From: Candidatus Fermentibacterota bacterium
Lineage (GTDB): Bacteria; Fermentibacterota; Fermentibacteria; Fermentibacterales; JCC-6
Direction of reading: 5' to 3'
Assembly (NCBI GenBank): GCA_014728175.1
Contig: WJMA01000015.1
Location: 72,646 to 136,645, forward strand
DNA: 64,000 nucleotides
The notes under the pieces are model-generated. The model saw only the letters and a program-made list of their open reading frames with translations, was not told the DNA's origin and did not search any database. A program made the position numbers and the translations under genes. Shown here one piece after another: positions 26,958 through 37,200 of the stretch (position 1 is its first letter; every line of letters begins with the position of its first letter).

Positions 26958-28198
26958 ACGGTCACCTTCTCGCGAGCCTGGACATAGGAACCGGCAAGGT
27001 GATCTGCGCGGTGGCGGAGCTTTCGCCCGAGCAGGAGTTCTGCGTCACCGCGGTGGGCCAGGAAGAGCTGGGTGGGGCTCTCCGTAGAGGGATGGTGGTA
27101 AGCGTAAAGAAAGTGGCTGCGGCCATCGAGAGCGCGATCGAGGAAGCCGAGTTGGTCCTGCCCTGGTCCGTCGAGGACGTGTTTCTCTCCGTAAGCGGGG
27201 AGCACGTGAGGGGCTTTGCCGGGACCGGCACGGTCAGCGTGGGCAGCTCGGACGAGCAAGGGGCGTCGGAGATAACCAGGGAGGACGTCGCGAAGGCAGA
27301 GGAAGCGGCCAGAGCGGTCGGGCTTCCCGCAGGATGCAGGGTATTGGAAACCATAAGAAGGGATTACGCCGTGGATGGCTTCGAGCGTTTGCGCGAGCCA
27401 CCCATGGGACTGAACGCCGAGCAGCTTAGTGCCAGGATCTACACCGTCATATCGGACAAGGTGGCCACCCAGAATCTCGAGCAGTGCGTAAGGCAGGCCG
27501 ACAGGTTCGTATCCGGTGTATATCCCTCCGCCCTGGCCAGTGGCATGGCGGTTCTGTCGGAGGACGAGATGGAGATGGGAGTGGTGGCGGTGGACGTGGG
27601 AGCCGGCACCACCGACGTCGCCGTTTTCAAGGACGGCACACTCGCCCATCTGGGAGTGGTCTCACTGGGCGGGGACCTGATTACCAGCGACCTGCAGTCT
27701 CTGCGGGTATCCCTGCAGGAGGCGGAGAAGCTGAAGACCAAATGGGCGGTGGCCAGCGATTCGATGGTGGACGCGAAAAAGAGCATGAAGGTGCCCCGGC
27801 TGGGAGGCAGGGGGACCTTTACCGTATCCCACGCCGTGGTCTCCCAGATAGTTATCCAGCGGGTGGAGGAGATCTTCGAGGCGGTCTCCAGGGAAATCTC
27901 GAAATCCGGGCTGGACTCGACCGAGCTTCCGGGCGGAATGGTGGTCACCGGCGGCAGCTCCAGGCTTCCCGGTCTGGTCGAGGCTGCCGGCGAGGTGACG
28001 GGCCTTCCCGTCGAGCTGGGCAAGCCCACCGGATTCGAGACCGCGACGGAGCTGGTCTCCTCGCCCGAGTACTCCACGGCGGTGGGGCTTCTGCTTTTGG
28101 GACTGAGAAAGGTTGGTGAGAGTGAGAGATGGACCCGGGAGAGGTTCTTCTCGGAAGTAAAGAGCAAGATAGCCGAAATACTGAAGAAGCTGCGTTAA
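26954..28198 (+). CDS. ftsA: Cell division protein FtsA
   Basis: LDIGTGK, VDVGAGTTD, VTGGSSRLPG, C-terminal amphipathic helix. Confidence 0.94.
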   Translation: MNGHLLASLDIGTGKVICAVAELSPEQEFCVTAVGQEELGGALRRGMVVSVKKVAAAIESAIEEAELVLPWSVEDVFLSVSGEHVRGFAGTGTVSVGSSDEQGASEITREDVAKAEEAARAVGLPAGCRVLETIRRDYAVDGFERLREPPMGLNAEQLSARIYTVISDKVATQNLEQCVRQADRFVSGVYPSALASGMAVLSEDEMEMGVVAVDVGAGTTDVAVFKDGTLAHLGVVSLGGDLITSDLQSLRVSLQEAEKLKTKWAVASDSMVDAKKSMKVPRLGGRGTFTVSHAVVSQIVIQRVEEIFEAVSREISKSGLDSTELPGGMVVTGGSSRLPGLVEAAGEVTGLPVELGKPTGFETATELVSSPEYSTAVGLLLLGLRKVGESERWTRERFFSEVKSKIAEILKKLR

Positions 28199-28208
28199 GG
28201 AGGGTAGC

Positions 28209-29360
28209 ATGGCAGTGATCGAGTTGAAGGAAATAGGAGAGGAGACCTCCGGCCGAGCCATACTGAAAGTGGTAGGTGTGGGGGGCTGCGGCGGAAACGC
28301 GATCAACCGGATGATAAGGTCCAACCTTACGGGGGTCGATTACGTCGCGGTCAATACCGATTGCCAGGCTCTGGAAGGTTGCCTGGCCGACACCCAGGTG
28401 CAGATCGGTCCCCGGGTTACCCGGGGCCTGGGTGCGGGCGGCAACGCCGAGGTCGGCGAACAGGCCGCGGAGGAAAGCATCAAGGAGGTCGAGGAATCGA
28501 TCGAGGGCAGCCACATGGTCTTCATAGCCGCGGGTATGGGCGGTGGTACCGGCACCGGGGCCGCGCCCGTGATGGCCAAGGTGGCCCGGGACGCCGGCGC
28601 CATAACCGTGGGAGTTGTCACCAGGCCCTTCGAGTTCGAGGGTACGGTGAAGGCCAACCAGGCCGAGCACGGTATAGAAGCTCTGCGCAAGGACGTGGAT
28701 ACCCTGATCGTAATACCCAACGACAGGCTGCATGCCCTGGCCGATCCGGAGGCTAGCCTGCAGAGCGTTTTTGACATGGCCAACATGGTGCTGCTCAACG
28801 CAGTGGAGGGAATATCCAGCCTGATCTCATCCCCCGGGCTGATCAACCTGGACTTCCAGGACGTGAAGAACGTCATCACCCAGGGCGGCGGAGCTATGAT
28901 GGGCAGTGGCAAGGCCACCGGCCAGAGCAGGGCGGTGGAAGCGGCCCGAGAGGCGATATCCAGCCCCCTTCTGGACAGTGTGTCCATAGAAGGCTCCAAG
29001 GCCCTTCTGGTGAGCATACTCTCCTCCTCGAAGATAAGGTTCTCCGAGTTCACGGAGGTCATGCACACCATCACCGGGGTGGTTGGCAACCAGGCCAACG
29101 TGTTCATGGGCTCCAGCATAAACGAGGAGATGGGTGAGGAGCTCAAGGTGACGGTCATATCCACCGGTTTTGGAGAGATACCTGCTTCCGAGCCGGAGGA
29201 GATAGAGATCTCCGTCGACGAGGAGATGGACTTCCCCTACGCCAAAGGCAGGTCCGGGCAGGAGCGGGAGCAGGCTCCGATAATAACCCAGGGACCTAAC
29301 CCCAAGGTGGAGACGAAGCACCCGAGAATCCCCCCGTTCCTCAGGAGAACGGTGGACTAA
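28209..29360 (+). CDS. ftsZ: Cell division protein FtsZ
   Basis: GVGGCGGNA, GMGGGTGTG, NLDFQD, C-terminal IPPFLRR peptide. Confidence 0.97.
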   Translation: MAVIELKEIGEETSGRAILKVVGVGGCGGNAINRMIRSNLTGVDYVAVNTDCQALEGCLADTQVQIGPRVTRGLGAGGNAEVGEQAAEESIKEVEESIEGSHMVFIAAGMGGGTGTGAAPVMAKVARDAGAITVGVVTRPFEFEGTVKANQAEHGIEALRKDVDTLIVIPNDRLHALADPEASLQSVFDMANMVLLNAVEGISSLISSPGLINLDFQDVKNVITQGGGAMMGSGKATGQSRAVEAAREAISSPLLDSVSIEGSKALLVSILSSSKIRFSEFTEVMHTITGVVGNQANVFMGSSINEEMGEELKVTVISTGFGEIPASEPEEIEISVDEEMDFPYAKGRSGQEREQAPIITQGPNPKVETKHPRIPPFLRRTVD

Positions 29361-29458
29361 AACATTGTGATAGAACAGTTTATGCTGTTTTATTGCGATA
29401 CCGTTTGGCTCGCCAGTATATTCGAGGGGCCAAAAACCTCAGGGGAGCGGCGTTTGGG

Positions 29459-31117
29459 ATGAGTCGAAGATCTGCGGCCGACAAATACGATGCCAGAAGA
29501 AGAGAGTTCCTGGAAAAGGAGCAGAGGCTTCTCTACGCGGACAACCAAGGCGTTTTCGAGACGGTCCTGGCAACGGCCAAGAGGTACGGTACCGCCATGG
29601 CCTCTCTGGAGTACCAGCGCATCTTCCTTCATCTGTCCAGCTGGCCGGAGACCCGGTGCGAGAGGGCTTTCTTTCCCCAGAAGGACGAGTTCCACTGGCG
29701 CAAGCGCTTCGAGAGGCCCTTCGTAACGCACGACTCGGGAAAGCCCCTGGGCAAATCGGACATGATCCTGTTCCACATCTCCCACGAGCGGGATTACGAG
29801 GACATGCTGCGGATGATGCAGATGTCGGGCATCGCCCTTCGCTCGGAGGACCGGGCGGGTACCTGGCCCATAGTGATTGCCGCGGGCTTATGCGTTACCG
29901 CCAATCCGCTTCCCCTGGCCCCGTTCGTGGACGCCTTCATCATAGGCGAGACCGAGCCGGCCCTGGGACCGGTGCTGGATACCATAAAGAGCCTGGGAGC
30001 GCAGGGCGCGGGCATGTCCAAGATTCTCAGGTGGGTGGCCCAGCTTCCGGGCATATACGTCCCCTCCCATCACGGGGTCACCGACGTCGGTACCACCATC
30101 ATGAGGCAATGGGCGGGGGCCGATGCCATCGGATCCCGGTCCTGCGTATGTACGCCGAAATGTGATCTGGGCCCCATCAGCCTGCTGGAGATAGCCAGGG
30201 GCTGCCCCTACAACTGCAGATTCTGCATGGCCGGCTACATATACCTTCCCTACCGGGAGAACCGCCTGGAGGACCTGATGGAGTCCATCGACGAGCTTCC
30301 CAAGAATATGCCGTTGTGTCTGATGGGATGCTCGCCACCCTCACACTCCGCCTTCGGAGACATCGTGGGATACGCTGAAAAGAACCGGCACAAGGTAACT
30401 TTGGGATGGCTGAGGCCGGAGGACGAGCTGCAGTTGCGCAACATGTGCGAGGACTACTCTCCTTGCACGGTAACCGTGGCTCCCGAGGCGGGAACCGAGA
30501 GCCTGCGCAAGGTAGTAGGCAAGAGCCTTTCCGACGAGGAGGTCATCGATGCCTTCCGCAAGGCTCCGCCGGATGCCGAGAGAGGTAGGCTCTACTTCAT
30601 GTTGGGCCTTCCCTTCGAGGAGGAGGAAGACCGGCAGGGCATCGTTGAGCTGGTCGAGCGGGTGAGAGAGATGACGGACCTGCCTCTGGTGGTCTCCATC
30701 TCGCCGTTCGTTCCCCGACCCTGGACCGCCTTCCAATGGTCACCCATGGTTCGTCCCAGAAGACTGAGGGAGCGATTGGAGCCCATAGAGGCTGGCCTCA
30801 AGCGCATATCCAAGGTCGAGCTGGAGGTATCCAGCTTCAGGGAGGGTCACATAGTGGCTCTTCTGGCCAGGGGAGGGGCGGACGTGGCCCGGGCGCTGGA
30901 GGAGAGGCTGAAGGGTTTGGGTTGGAATACGGCCTTCGGAAACGCGGGCATAAAGATAAACTGGGTTTTCAAGCCTTTGAAGCCAGGCAAGAAGTTCGGA
31001 TGGGACTTCCTCAACATGGGATTCGGATATACCCGGCTGACCCGGGAACTCCAGCTGGCCGTATCGGCCAACCAGTGCCGTTTCAAGGCCAAGCCCAGGC
31101 CGGAGGAAGAGGAGTAG
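29459..31117 (+). CDS. Radical SAM protein (B12-binding-like N-terminus, TIGR03960/YgiQ-like)
   Basis: EIARGCPYNCRFC, APEAGTESLR, LYFMLGLP, FVPRPWTAFQW. Confidence 0.82.
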   Translation: MSRRSAADKYDARRREFLEKEQRLLYADNQGVFETVLATAKRYGTAMASLEYQRIFLHLSSWPETRCERAFFPQKDEFHWRKRFERPFVTHDSGKPLGKSDMILFHISHERDYEDMLRMMQMSGIALRSEDRAGTWPIVIAAGLCVTANPLPLAPFVDAFIIGETEPALGPVLDTIKSLGAQGAGMSKILRWVAQLPGIYVPSHHGVTDVGTTIMRQWAGADAIGSRSCVCTPKCDLGPISLLEIARGCPYNCRFCMAGYIYLPYRENRLEDLMESIDELPKNMPLCLMGCSPPSHSAFGDIVGYAEKNRHKVTLGWLRPEDELQLRNMCEDYSPCTVTVAPEAGTESLRKVVGKSLSDEEVIDAFRKAPPDAERGRLYFMLGLPFEEEEDRQGIVELVERVREMTDLPLVVSISPFVPRPWTAFQWSPMVRPRRLRERLEPIEAGLKRISKVELEVSSFREGHIVALLARGGADVARALEERLKGLGWNTAFGNAGIKINWVFKPLKPGKKFGWDFLNMGFGYTRLTRELQLAVSANQCRFKAKPRPEEEE

Positions 31118-31126
31118 GAGGGCCGG

Positions 31127-31315
31127 TCAGGCCTTTCTTACCCTGCCCGCTCTTATGCAGGCCGTGCAGACCTTGATTCTCTTTACTTTGCCGTCCACTA
31201 TGGCCCGTATCTTATGCAGGTTGGGCTTCCAGGTACGCTTGGAGCGCTTGTCGGAGTGGCTGACGTGATGCCCCGAGACCGTACCCTTGCCGCATATCTC
31301 GCATTTGCGTGACAT
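31127..31315 (-). CDS. rpmB: 50S ribosomal protein L28
   Basis: MSRKCEICGK...VSHS...RTWKPNL...VCTACIR. Confidence 0.96.
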   Translation of the reverse strand: MSRKCEICGKGTVSGHHVSHSDKRSKRTWKPNLHKIRAIVDGKVKRIKVCTACIRAGRVRKA

Positions 31316-31434
31316 GGAGTGATTCCTTTCGATCCCTGACCAACGCTATTGGAGGGACGAATAAATAAGACCTCGAAGTTCCTCTGGCAAGGCTGGCTAT
31401 CCTCCAGCAGGGAACTGCCAACCGTTCTCGGTGG

Positions 31435-31462
31435 TTGACACTGGTGAGGAACCTGTGATAAT
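31435..31462 (+). promoter_or_regulatory. Putative sigma70 promoter for ssrA
   Basis: TTGACA (31435-31440) then GATAAT (31457-31462), 17 nt before the tmRNA 5' end. Confidence 0.6.
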
Positions 31463-31479
31463 TCTCATTGGGCACTCGT

Positions 31480-31831
31480 GGGGGCGACAGGTCTCGACGG
31501 GCTCGGAAGTGGTTCCGCGGTTGCATGCCGAGGTCCGCAGCCTCGTAAAACATGCGGAACACACAACTGCCGCGTAATACGGCAACCGCCGCTCCCTAGA
31601 ATCGGAGCGGCCGCTCTCCTCGGCCCGGCCTTCCGGTCGGGGGTAGAGCGTCAGAAGGAAGGCTGGTCGGAAAGCCCAGCTGTCAGGTGTACCGGCGAGA
31701 TTTAAAGGCAGCTACTCCGGGCACGGCCGGTCGGAGTCAAAGCCTGGAGGAAATGCAGCTCCGACCTAAGCATGTAGGAGCTGCGGAGTCCCCGAGTCCG
31801 GACGCGGGTTCGATTCCCGCCGCCTCCACCA
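31480..31831 (+). ncRNA. ssrA: tmRNA (SsrA)
   Basis: 5' GGGGGCG pairs with 3' CGCCTCC-ACCA including the G3:U alanine identity pair; T-arm GCGGGTTCGATTCCCGC; GCATG/CATG helix 2; pk1 CGAGG-TCCGCAG-CCTCG...TGCGGA; pk2-pk4-like pairings. Confidence 0.96.
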
Positions 31832-31881
31832 GCTTCCCTGACACTCGAATATCGTGGAAGCGGGTTGAAGTGGTGTGCCAG

Positions 31882-32346
31882 TTGCGGCTTTTGAGCTTCA
31901 TCAGCCATGAGAGGATCAAGATCCTCCAGTGCGGGACCAAGCGAGAGGCTCTGATGGAGATGATAAAGCTGCTACAGAGCACGGGTGCCGTATCCGAGGA
32001 AGACGGATTGTCCCACCTTATCTTCCAGCGCGAGGCCAGCATTAGCACGGGCCTAGAGCTGGGTATAGCCGTACCCCACACCAGAATAGAAGGCATGGCC
32101 AAGCCCGTGGTGGCCGTAGGCACAGCACCCCACGGCATTCCCGACTACGAGACCATAGACGGCTCTGAGGTCACCATTCTGGTCATGATAGTTACCGGCA
32201 CCGGCAATCCCGCCGTATACAGTACGCTGCTGGCTCAGGCCGTCGAGATACTCAGGATCGACGAGGCCAGGGAAGAGCTCATGGCCGCTTCCACCCCCGC
32301 CGAGATCTACGGAATTCTGGCCGCCCGGGCCGGTGACAAGAGCTGA
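31882..32346 (+). CDS. PTS EIIA (Fru/Ntr-type) domain protein
   Basis: REASISTGLELGIAVPH phospho-His motif; start approximate. Confidence 0.82.
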   Translation: MRLLSFISHERIKILQCGTKREALMEMIKLLQSTGAVSEEDGLSHLIFQREASISTGLELGIAVPHTRIEGMAKPVVAVGTAPHGIPDYETIDGSEVTILVMIVTGTGNPAVYSTLLAQAVEILRIDEAREELMAASTPAEIYGILAARAGDKS

Positions 32347-32824
32347 GCGTACCGCGTTGAGGATAGTTTTCGAACCCATAGGAGCCGTTCACACTCCCTA
32401 CAGCGAAAAGGCTCCGCGCCAGCCGATGGAGGACGACGAAAGCGGCGAGTTCCTGATAGAGTTGTTTCCCCTCTACAGGGGGGCCTTGCGGCTGATCGAC
32501 CGGTTCAGGTACGTATACGTGCTCTTCTACATGGACAGGACCGGCTACAGGGGCAACGCGGCCCACCCCCCCGGCCTGAAAGGCGGGTCGGTCGGCCTTT
32601 TTGCCAGCCGCTCCCCCCACCGACCCAACGCCATAGGCCTGGACGTGGCCAGGATAATCGAGGTGGTGGACGACCTTCGCCTTCGAACCTCCGGTCTCAG
32701 CGCTCTGGACGGTTCGCCCCTGCTGGACCTCAAACCCTACACTCCCGGGGACGTAAAGCCCGACGCCAACCCGGGCTGGATCTCCGGCTACGACGAAACC
32801 TCCGGTCAGTCCAACCAAGAGTGA
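32333..32824 (+). CDS. trmO: tRNA m6t6A37 methyltransferase TrmO (TsaA family)
   Basis: PIGAVHTPY, GLFASRSPHRPNAIGL, LDGSPLLDLKPY. Confidence 0.88.
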   Translation: MTRAERTALRIVFEPIGAVHTPYSEKAPRQPMEDDESGEFLIELFPLYRGALRLIDRFRYVYVLFYMDRTGYRGNAAHPPGLKGGSVGLFASRSPHRPNAIGLDVARIIEVVDDLRLRTSGLSALDGSPLLDLKPYTPGDVKPDANPGWISGYDETSGQSNQE

Positions 32825-32831
32825 TCCCGGC

Positions 32832-34202
32832 TCACCAAGCGGAGCGAGCTTGGCTTCCGAGTGGCGGGTTTTTTGAGTTTTTTGAAAAACGTCCCAGGGT
32901 GATGAGGAGCGCGGAGACCAGAAGGCCGTAAAGGACGGCCTGTTGGGCTCCGACGAGTTTGGCCGCCACTGCGGTGGCTCCCCCGCCCAGGAGCGAGGAG
33001 ACCGCCCACGGCCCCTGGACCCTTCGCTTGTTGCACAGCCCGGCCAGAACCGGAAGGGGAGCTCCGGCGGCGAACACGGTGTAGGCCCACTTCAGAAGCT
33101 CTACTATGCCCGTGGAAAGCATGGCCAGGACGAGGCCGGCGGCCCCCAGCGCCCCTGCAGTCAGGCTGAAACGGATGCGGTGGGACAGCCGATTTTTTCC
33201 GCTTGGAAGCAAATCTACATCTACTATGGTGGTCCCCGTGAGCAGCACGCTGTCCGCCGAGGACATCATCGCCGCCAGAAAGGCCAAAAAGGCAAGGGAA
33301 GCCAGCCAGGGGGACATGACCACCTCGATTACGTCCGCCAGAAGACCGTCCCCGCCGGATTCCGGGAACAGGACTCTTCCTCCCAGTGCGATCACCGCCA
33401 CCAGCGCCGCGGAGAATATCTTGACCGCCCCCGCGGCCACGGTTCCCCTCCTGGCCGTGGAGACGTCCCGGGCCGAGAGGATCTTGCCATACACGTCTCC
33501 GCCCACCAGGCCGGGCAGGCCGATCATGGCCAGCAGACCGAACACGGCCGGCAGGTCGAGACCAGAGCCGGTGGGAAAGGCAAGGGATCCATCCGGCAGA
33601 CCCGCCAGCCAGTCGGTACGCCGCAATACGGCCAGGGCGGGAAGTATCAGCCCGGCGCCCAGAACCAGAAGCAGCTGCAGCAGGTCGGTCCAGGCGACCG
33701 CGGTCTGGCCGCCCATAAGGGTATAGCAAAGGAAGATCAGGGCGGTTATCACCATGCAGACCGACTCGGGAAGAGAGGTTATCCCCCGCAGAAACGGCGC
33801 CGCCGCTCTCAGCAGCAGGGCGAACCAGGCCACCTCCGCCATCGCTACCAGGACGGCCACAGACAGCCTGAAACCGCCTCCGTATAGCCTGCCGCCGATC
33901 TGGGGGAGGGAGAGGCAGCCGGTGGCCCTGATCTTCCGGGCCAGCAGAAAGCCGCCGGTGATCAGGGCCAGACCCAGGGGGAGGTCCAGCCATACCCCGG
34001 ACAGTCCGTGGCTGTGTACGAAGCTGGCCAGGGCGACGGTCGCGCTGCCCCCGATCGCGGTGGCCGAGAGGCTCACCGCGACTATGGGTGAGGAAAGTTT
34101 CCTTCCGGCCAGATAGGTCTGCTCCCGGCTGCGTACCGAGCCTCGGAAGAGGAATCCAATGCCGATCAGAACGGCGGCGTAGACGGCGAAGATGGCTGCC
34201 AA
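32832..34202 (-). CDS. Sodium:solute symporter (SSS family)
   Basis: YLAGRKL, YTLMGGQTAVAWTDLLQ, AAMMSSADS; many TM helices. Confidence 0.88.
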   Translation of the reverse strand: MAAIFAVYAAVLIGIGFLFRGSVRSREQTYLAGRKLSSPIVAVSLSATAIGGSATVALASFVHSHGLSGVWLDLPLGLALITGGFLLARKIRATGCLSLPQIGGRLYGGGFRLSVAVLVAMAEVAWFALLLRAAAPFLRGITSLPESVCMVITALIFLCYTLMGGQTAVAWTDLLQLLLVLGAGLILPALAVLRRTDWLAGLPDGSLAFPTGSGLDLPAVFGLLAMIGLPGLVGGDVYGKILSARDVSTARRGTVAAGAVKIFSAALVAVIALGGRVLFPESGGDGLLADVIEVVMSPWLASLAFLAFLAAMMSSADSVLLTGTTIVDVDLLPSGKNRLSHRIRFSLTAGALGAAGLVLAMLSTGIVELLKWAYTVFAAGAPLPVLAGLCNKRRVQGPWAVSSLLGGGATAVAAKLVGAQQAVLYGLLVSALLITLGRFSKNSKNPPLGSQARSAW

Positions 34203-34240
34203 CGGGGCCTTTCCTTTTGGTTCGGAAAACCGGCTACCTA

Positions 34241-34268
34241 AAGGGAGGCGGTTTGCACCGCCCCCCTT
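34241..34268 (-). terminator. Intrinsic terminator after PFOR
   Basis: AAGGGAGGCGGT-TTGC-ACCGCCCCCCTT hairpin just past the PFOR stop. Confidence 0.6.
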
Positions 34269-34283
34269 CGGTTCTGCCTTGGA

Positions 34284-37200
34284 CTAGTCTACGGTCCAGT
34301 CCATCTCGGCCATCTGCTGGTACAGCTTGAACCGCCTGGAAACCTCCTCCTGGGCCCGTGCCAGGAGTTCCTTGGCCCGCTCGGGTTTGCTGAGGGTAAG
34401 GGTCTTGAAGCGGTTCTCTTTGTAGGCGTACTCCTCGAAGGGAATCGAGGGAGCCTTGCTGTCCAGCTGCAGGGGATTCTCACCCTGCTCTATCCTGCGC
34501 GGATCGAACCTTATGAGGGGCCAGTAACCGGACTTGACCGCCCGCTTCTGCTCGTCGTGGCCCCTGGTCATGTCGATTCCGTGGGCTATGCAGTGCGAGT
34601 AGGCGATAACCAGGCTGGCGCCGGGGTAGCTCTCCGCCTCCACGAACGCCTTGACTGCCTGGTTGAAGTTGGCGCCTATGGCCACCCGGGCCACGTATAT
34701 GTTGCCGTAGGTCATGGCCAGCATGGCCAGATCCTTCTTGGGTGCCGGCTTGCCCGAGGCGGCGAACTTGGCCACCGCTCCCAGCGGGGTGGCCTTGGAG
34801 CACTGGCCGCCGGTGTTGGAATAGACCTCGGTATCCAGCACCAGGGCGTTGACGTCCCTTCCCTGAGCCAGCACGTGGTCCAGGCCGCCGTAACCTATGT
34901 CGTAGGCCCAGCCGTCGCCTCCGAAGATCCACACGCTGCGCTTCACGAAGTAGTCGGCCACGCTCTCCAGATGTCTGGCCTCCGGCTGGTCTATTCCCTT
35001 CAGCTTCTTCATCAGCCGGGCCACATTCTTTCTCTGCTCGGCGACCTCTGCCTCGGTGTTCTGGCTGTTCGAGAGCAGGGCGTCGACCAGGTCCTTGCCC
35101 ACCTGATCGGCCAGCTTGTGCAGAAGCTCCACCGCGTACTCGGTGTGCTTGTCCGCGGTCAGCCGGAAGCCGTAGCCGAACTCCGCAGCATCCTCGAACA
35201 GGCTGTTGTTCCAGGCCGGGCCCCTGCCCTCGGCGTTGGTGCAGTAGGGGGTTGTGGGCAGGTTGCCGCCGTATATGGAGCTGCAGCCGGTGGCGTTTGC
35301 TATCACCGCCCGGTCCCCGAACAGCTGGCTGACCAGCTTTACGTAAGGGGTCTCACCGCAGCCGGCGCAGGCCCCGGAGAACTCGAACAGCGGCTTCATC
35401 AACTGTGAGTCCTTCACCCGGGAGGGCTTGAGGTCCGTCCGGTCGTAGTCCGGAAGGGTAAGGAAGAACTCGAAGTTCTCCCGTTCCCTCTCCCGAAGCG
35501 GAGGCTGGTACTCCATGTTTATGGCCTTTTTGCCTTCCTCCTCCTTGTTCTTGGCCGGGCAGGAGTGGAAGCAGGTCCTGCAGCCCGTGCAGTCCTCGGG
35601 GGCCACCTGGACCGAGAACTTCATTCCCTCGAACTGGGGCCCTTTGGCGTCGATGCTCTGGAAACTTTCCGGCGCGTCCTCCAGGCATTCCGGGTCGTAG
35701 ATCTTCATCCGGATCGCCGCATGGGGGCAGACCAGAGCACAGATGCCGCACTGGATGCATACCTCTGGGTCCCAGACCGGGATCTCCTGGGCCACGTTCC
35801 GCTTCTCCCATTTGGTGGTTCCCAGGGGGAAGGAGCCGTCGGCCGGCATGTCGGAGACCGGTACGTCGTCGCCCTCCCGCCTTATAATCTTGGCGGTCAA
35901 CTTTTTAACGAACTCAGGAGCCTCGTCTGGTACGGTGGAAGGCATGGAGAAGTCGCTGGTGATCTCCTTGGGGTACTCCACCTTGTGCAGGTTGGCCAGA
36001 GCCATGTCCACGGCGTTGAAGTTCTTCTGAACTACGTCCTCGCCCTTGCTGCCGTACGTCTTGCGTATCGCGCCCTTGATCTTCTCAATGGCCTCGTCCT
36101 TGGGCAGTATCCCCGAGATAGCGAAGAAGCAGGTCTGCATTATGGTGTTGATGCGTACGCCCATCTCGGCCTCTTTGGCCACCGCGTAGGCGTCTATCAC
36201 GTAGAAGTCGATGTTCTTGTCCACCATTACCTGCTGCGCCTCCCGCGGAAGGCTGTCGTAGGCGTCGTCGGGCCCGTAGGGAGTGTTGAGCAGGAAGGTG
36301 CTGCCTTCCTTGGCGTAGCTCTGGAGGATGTTGTACTTCTCCATGAAGATGTTCTGGTGCACGCCTATGAAGTCGGCGTCGGATACCAGACAGGTGAGCT
36401 TGATCGGATCGGGGCCGAACCTCAGGTGGCTGACCGTTACCGCGCCGGCCTTCTTGGAGTCGTACTGGAAGTAGCCCTGAGCGTAGTTGTCGGTCTCCTC
36501 ACCGATTATCTTGATGCTGTTCTTGTTCGCGCCCACCGTTCCGTCCGACCCCAGACCGAAGAACACCGCCTGGTGGATACCCGGGTTCTCCAGACAGAAG
36601 TCGCGGTCGTAGGGAAGCGAGGTGTTGGTTACGTCCTCCTCTATGCCTACGGTGAAGTGCTTCTTGGGAACCTCCCGGGCCATGTTGTCCAGCACGCCCT
36701 TGACCATGCCCGGGGTGTACTCCTTGCTGGACAGACCGTAGCGGCCGCCGACGACCTTTATGTCGCGGCCGGTCTCCACGAAGGCGTCGACTGTGTCCAG
36801 GTACAAGGGCTCCCCGGGGCTGCCCACCTCCTTGGTCCGGTCCAGCGCGGCCACCACGGCCACGTTCTCCGGAAAGGCCTGGGAGAAGGCCTCCATGTCG
36901 AAGGGCCTGTACAACCTGACCTTGACCAGGCCGACCTTCTCGCCCTGCTCGGCCAGAGTCTCCACGGTGGTGTGGGCCACCTCGGCTCCGGAGGCCATCT
37001 GTACGATGACCCTCTCCGGCTCGGGGTGCCCGACGTAGTCGAACAGGTGGTACTTCCTTCCGGTGAGCTCACCGAACAGGTCCATCCTCTCCTGAACTAT
37101 CTCCGGGGCAGCTACGTAATAGGGATTCACGGTCTCCCGGCCCTGGAAGTAGACGTCCGGGTTCTGGCTGGTCCCCCTGACTACGGGGCAGTTGGGGTTG

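Noticed and set aside
31800-31860. Prophage or island integrated at the ssrA or tRNA 3' ends
   Set aside because: No integrase and no duplicated 3'-end att sequence found in the window.
31687-31881. N-terminal extension of the PTS IIA ORF
   Set aside because: It overlaps the tmRNA 3' half; the real start is likely near 31882.
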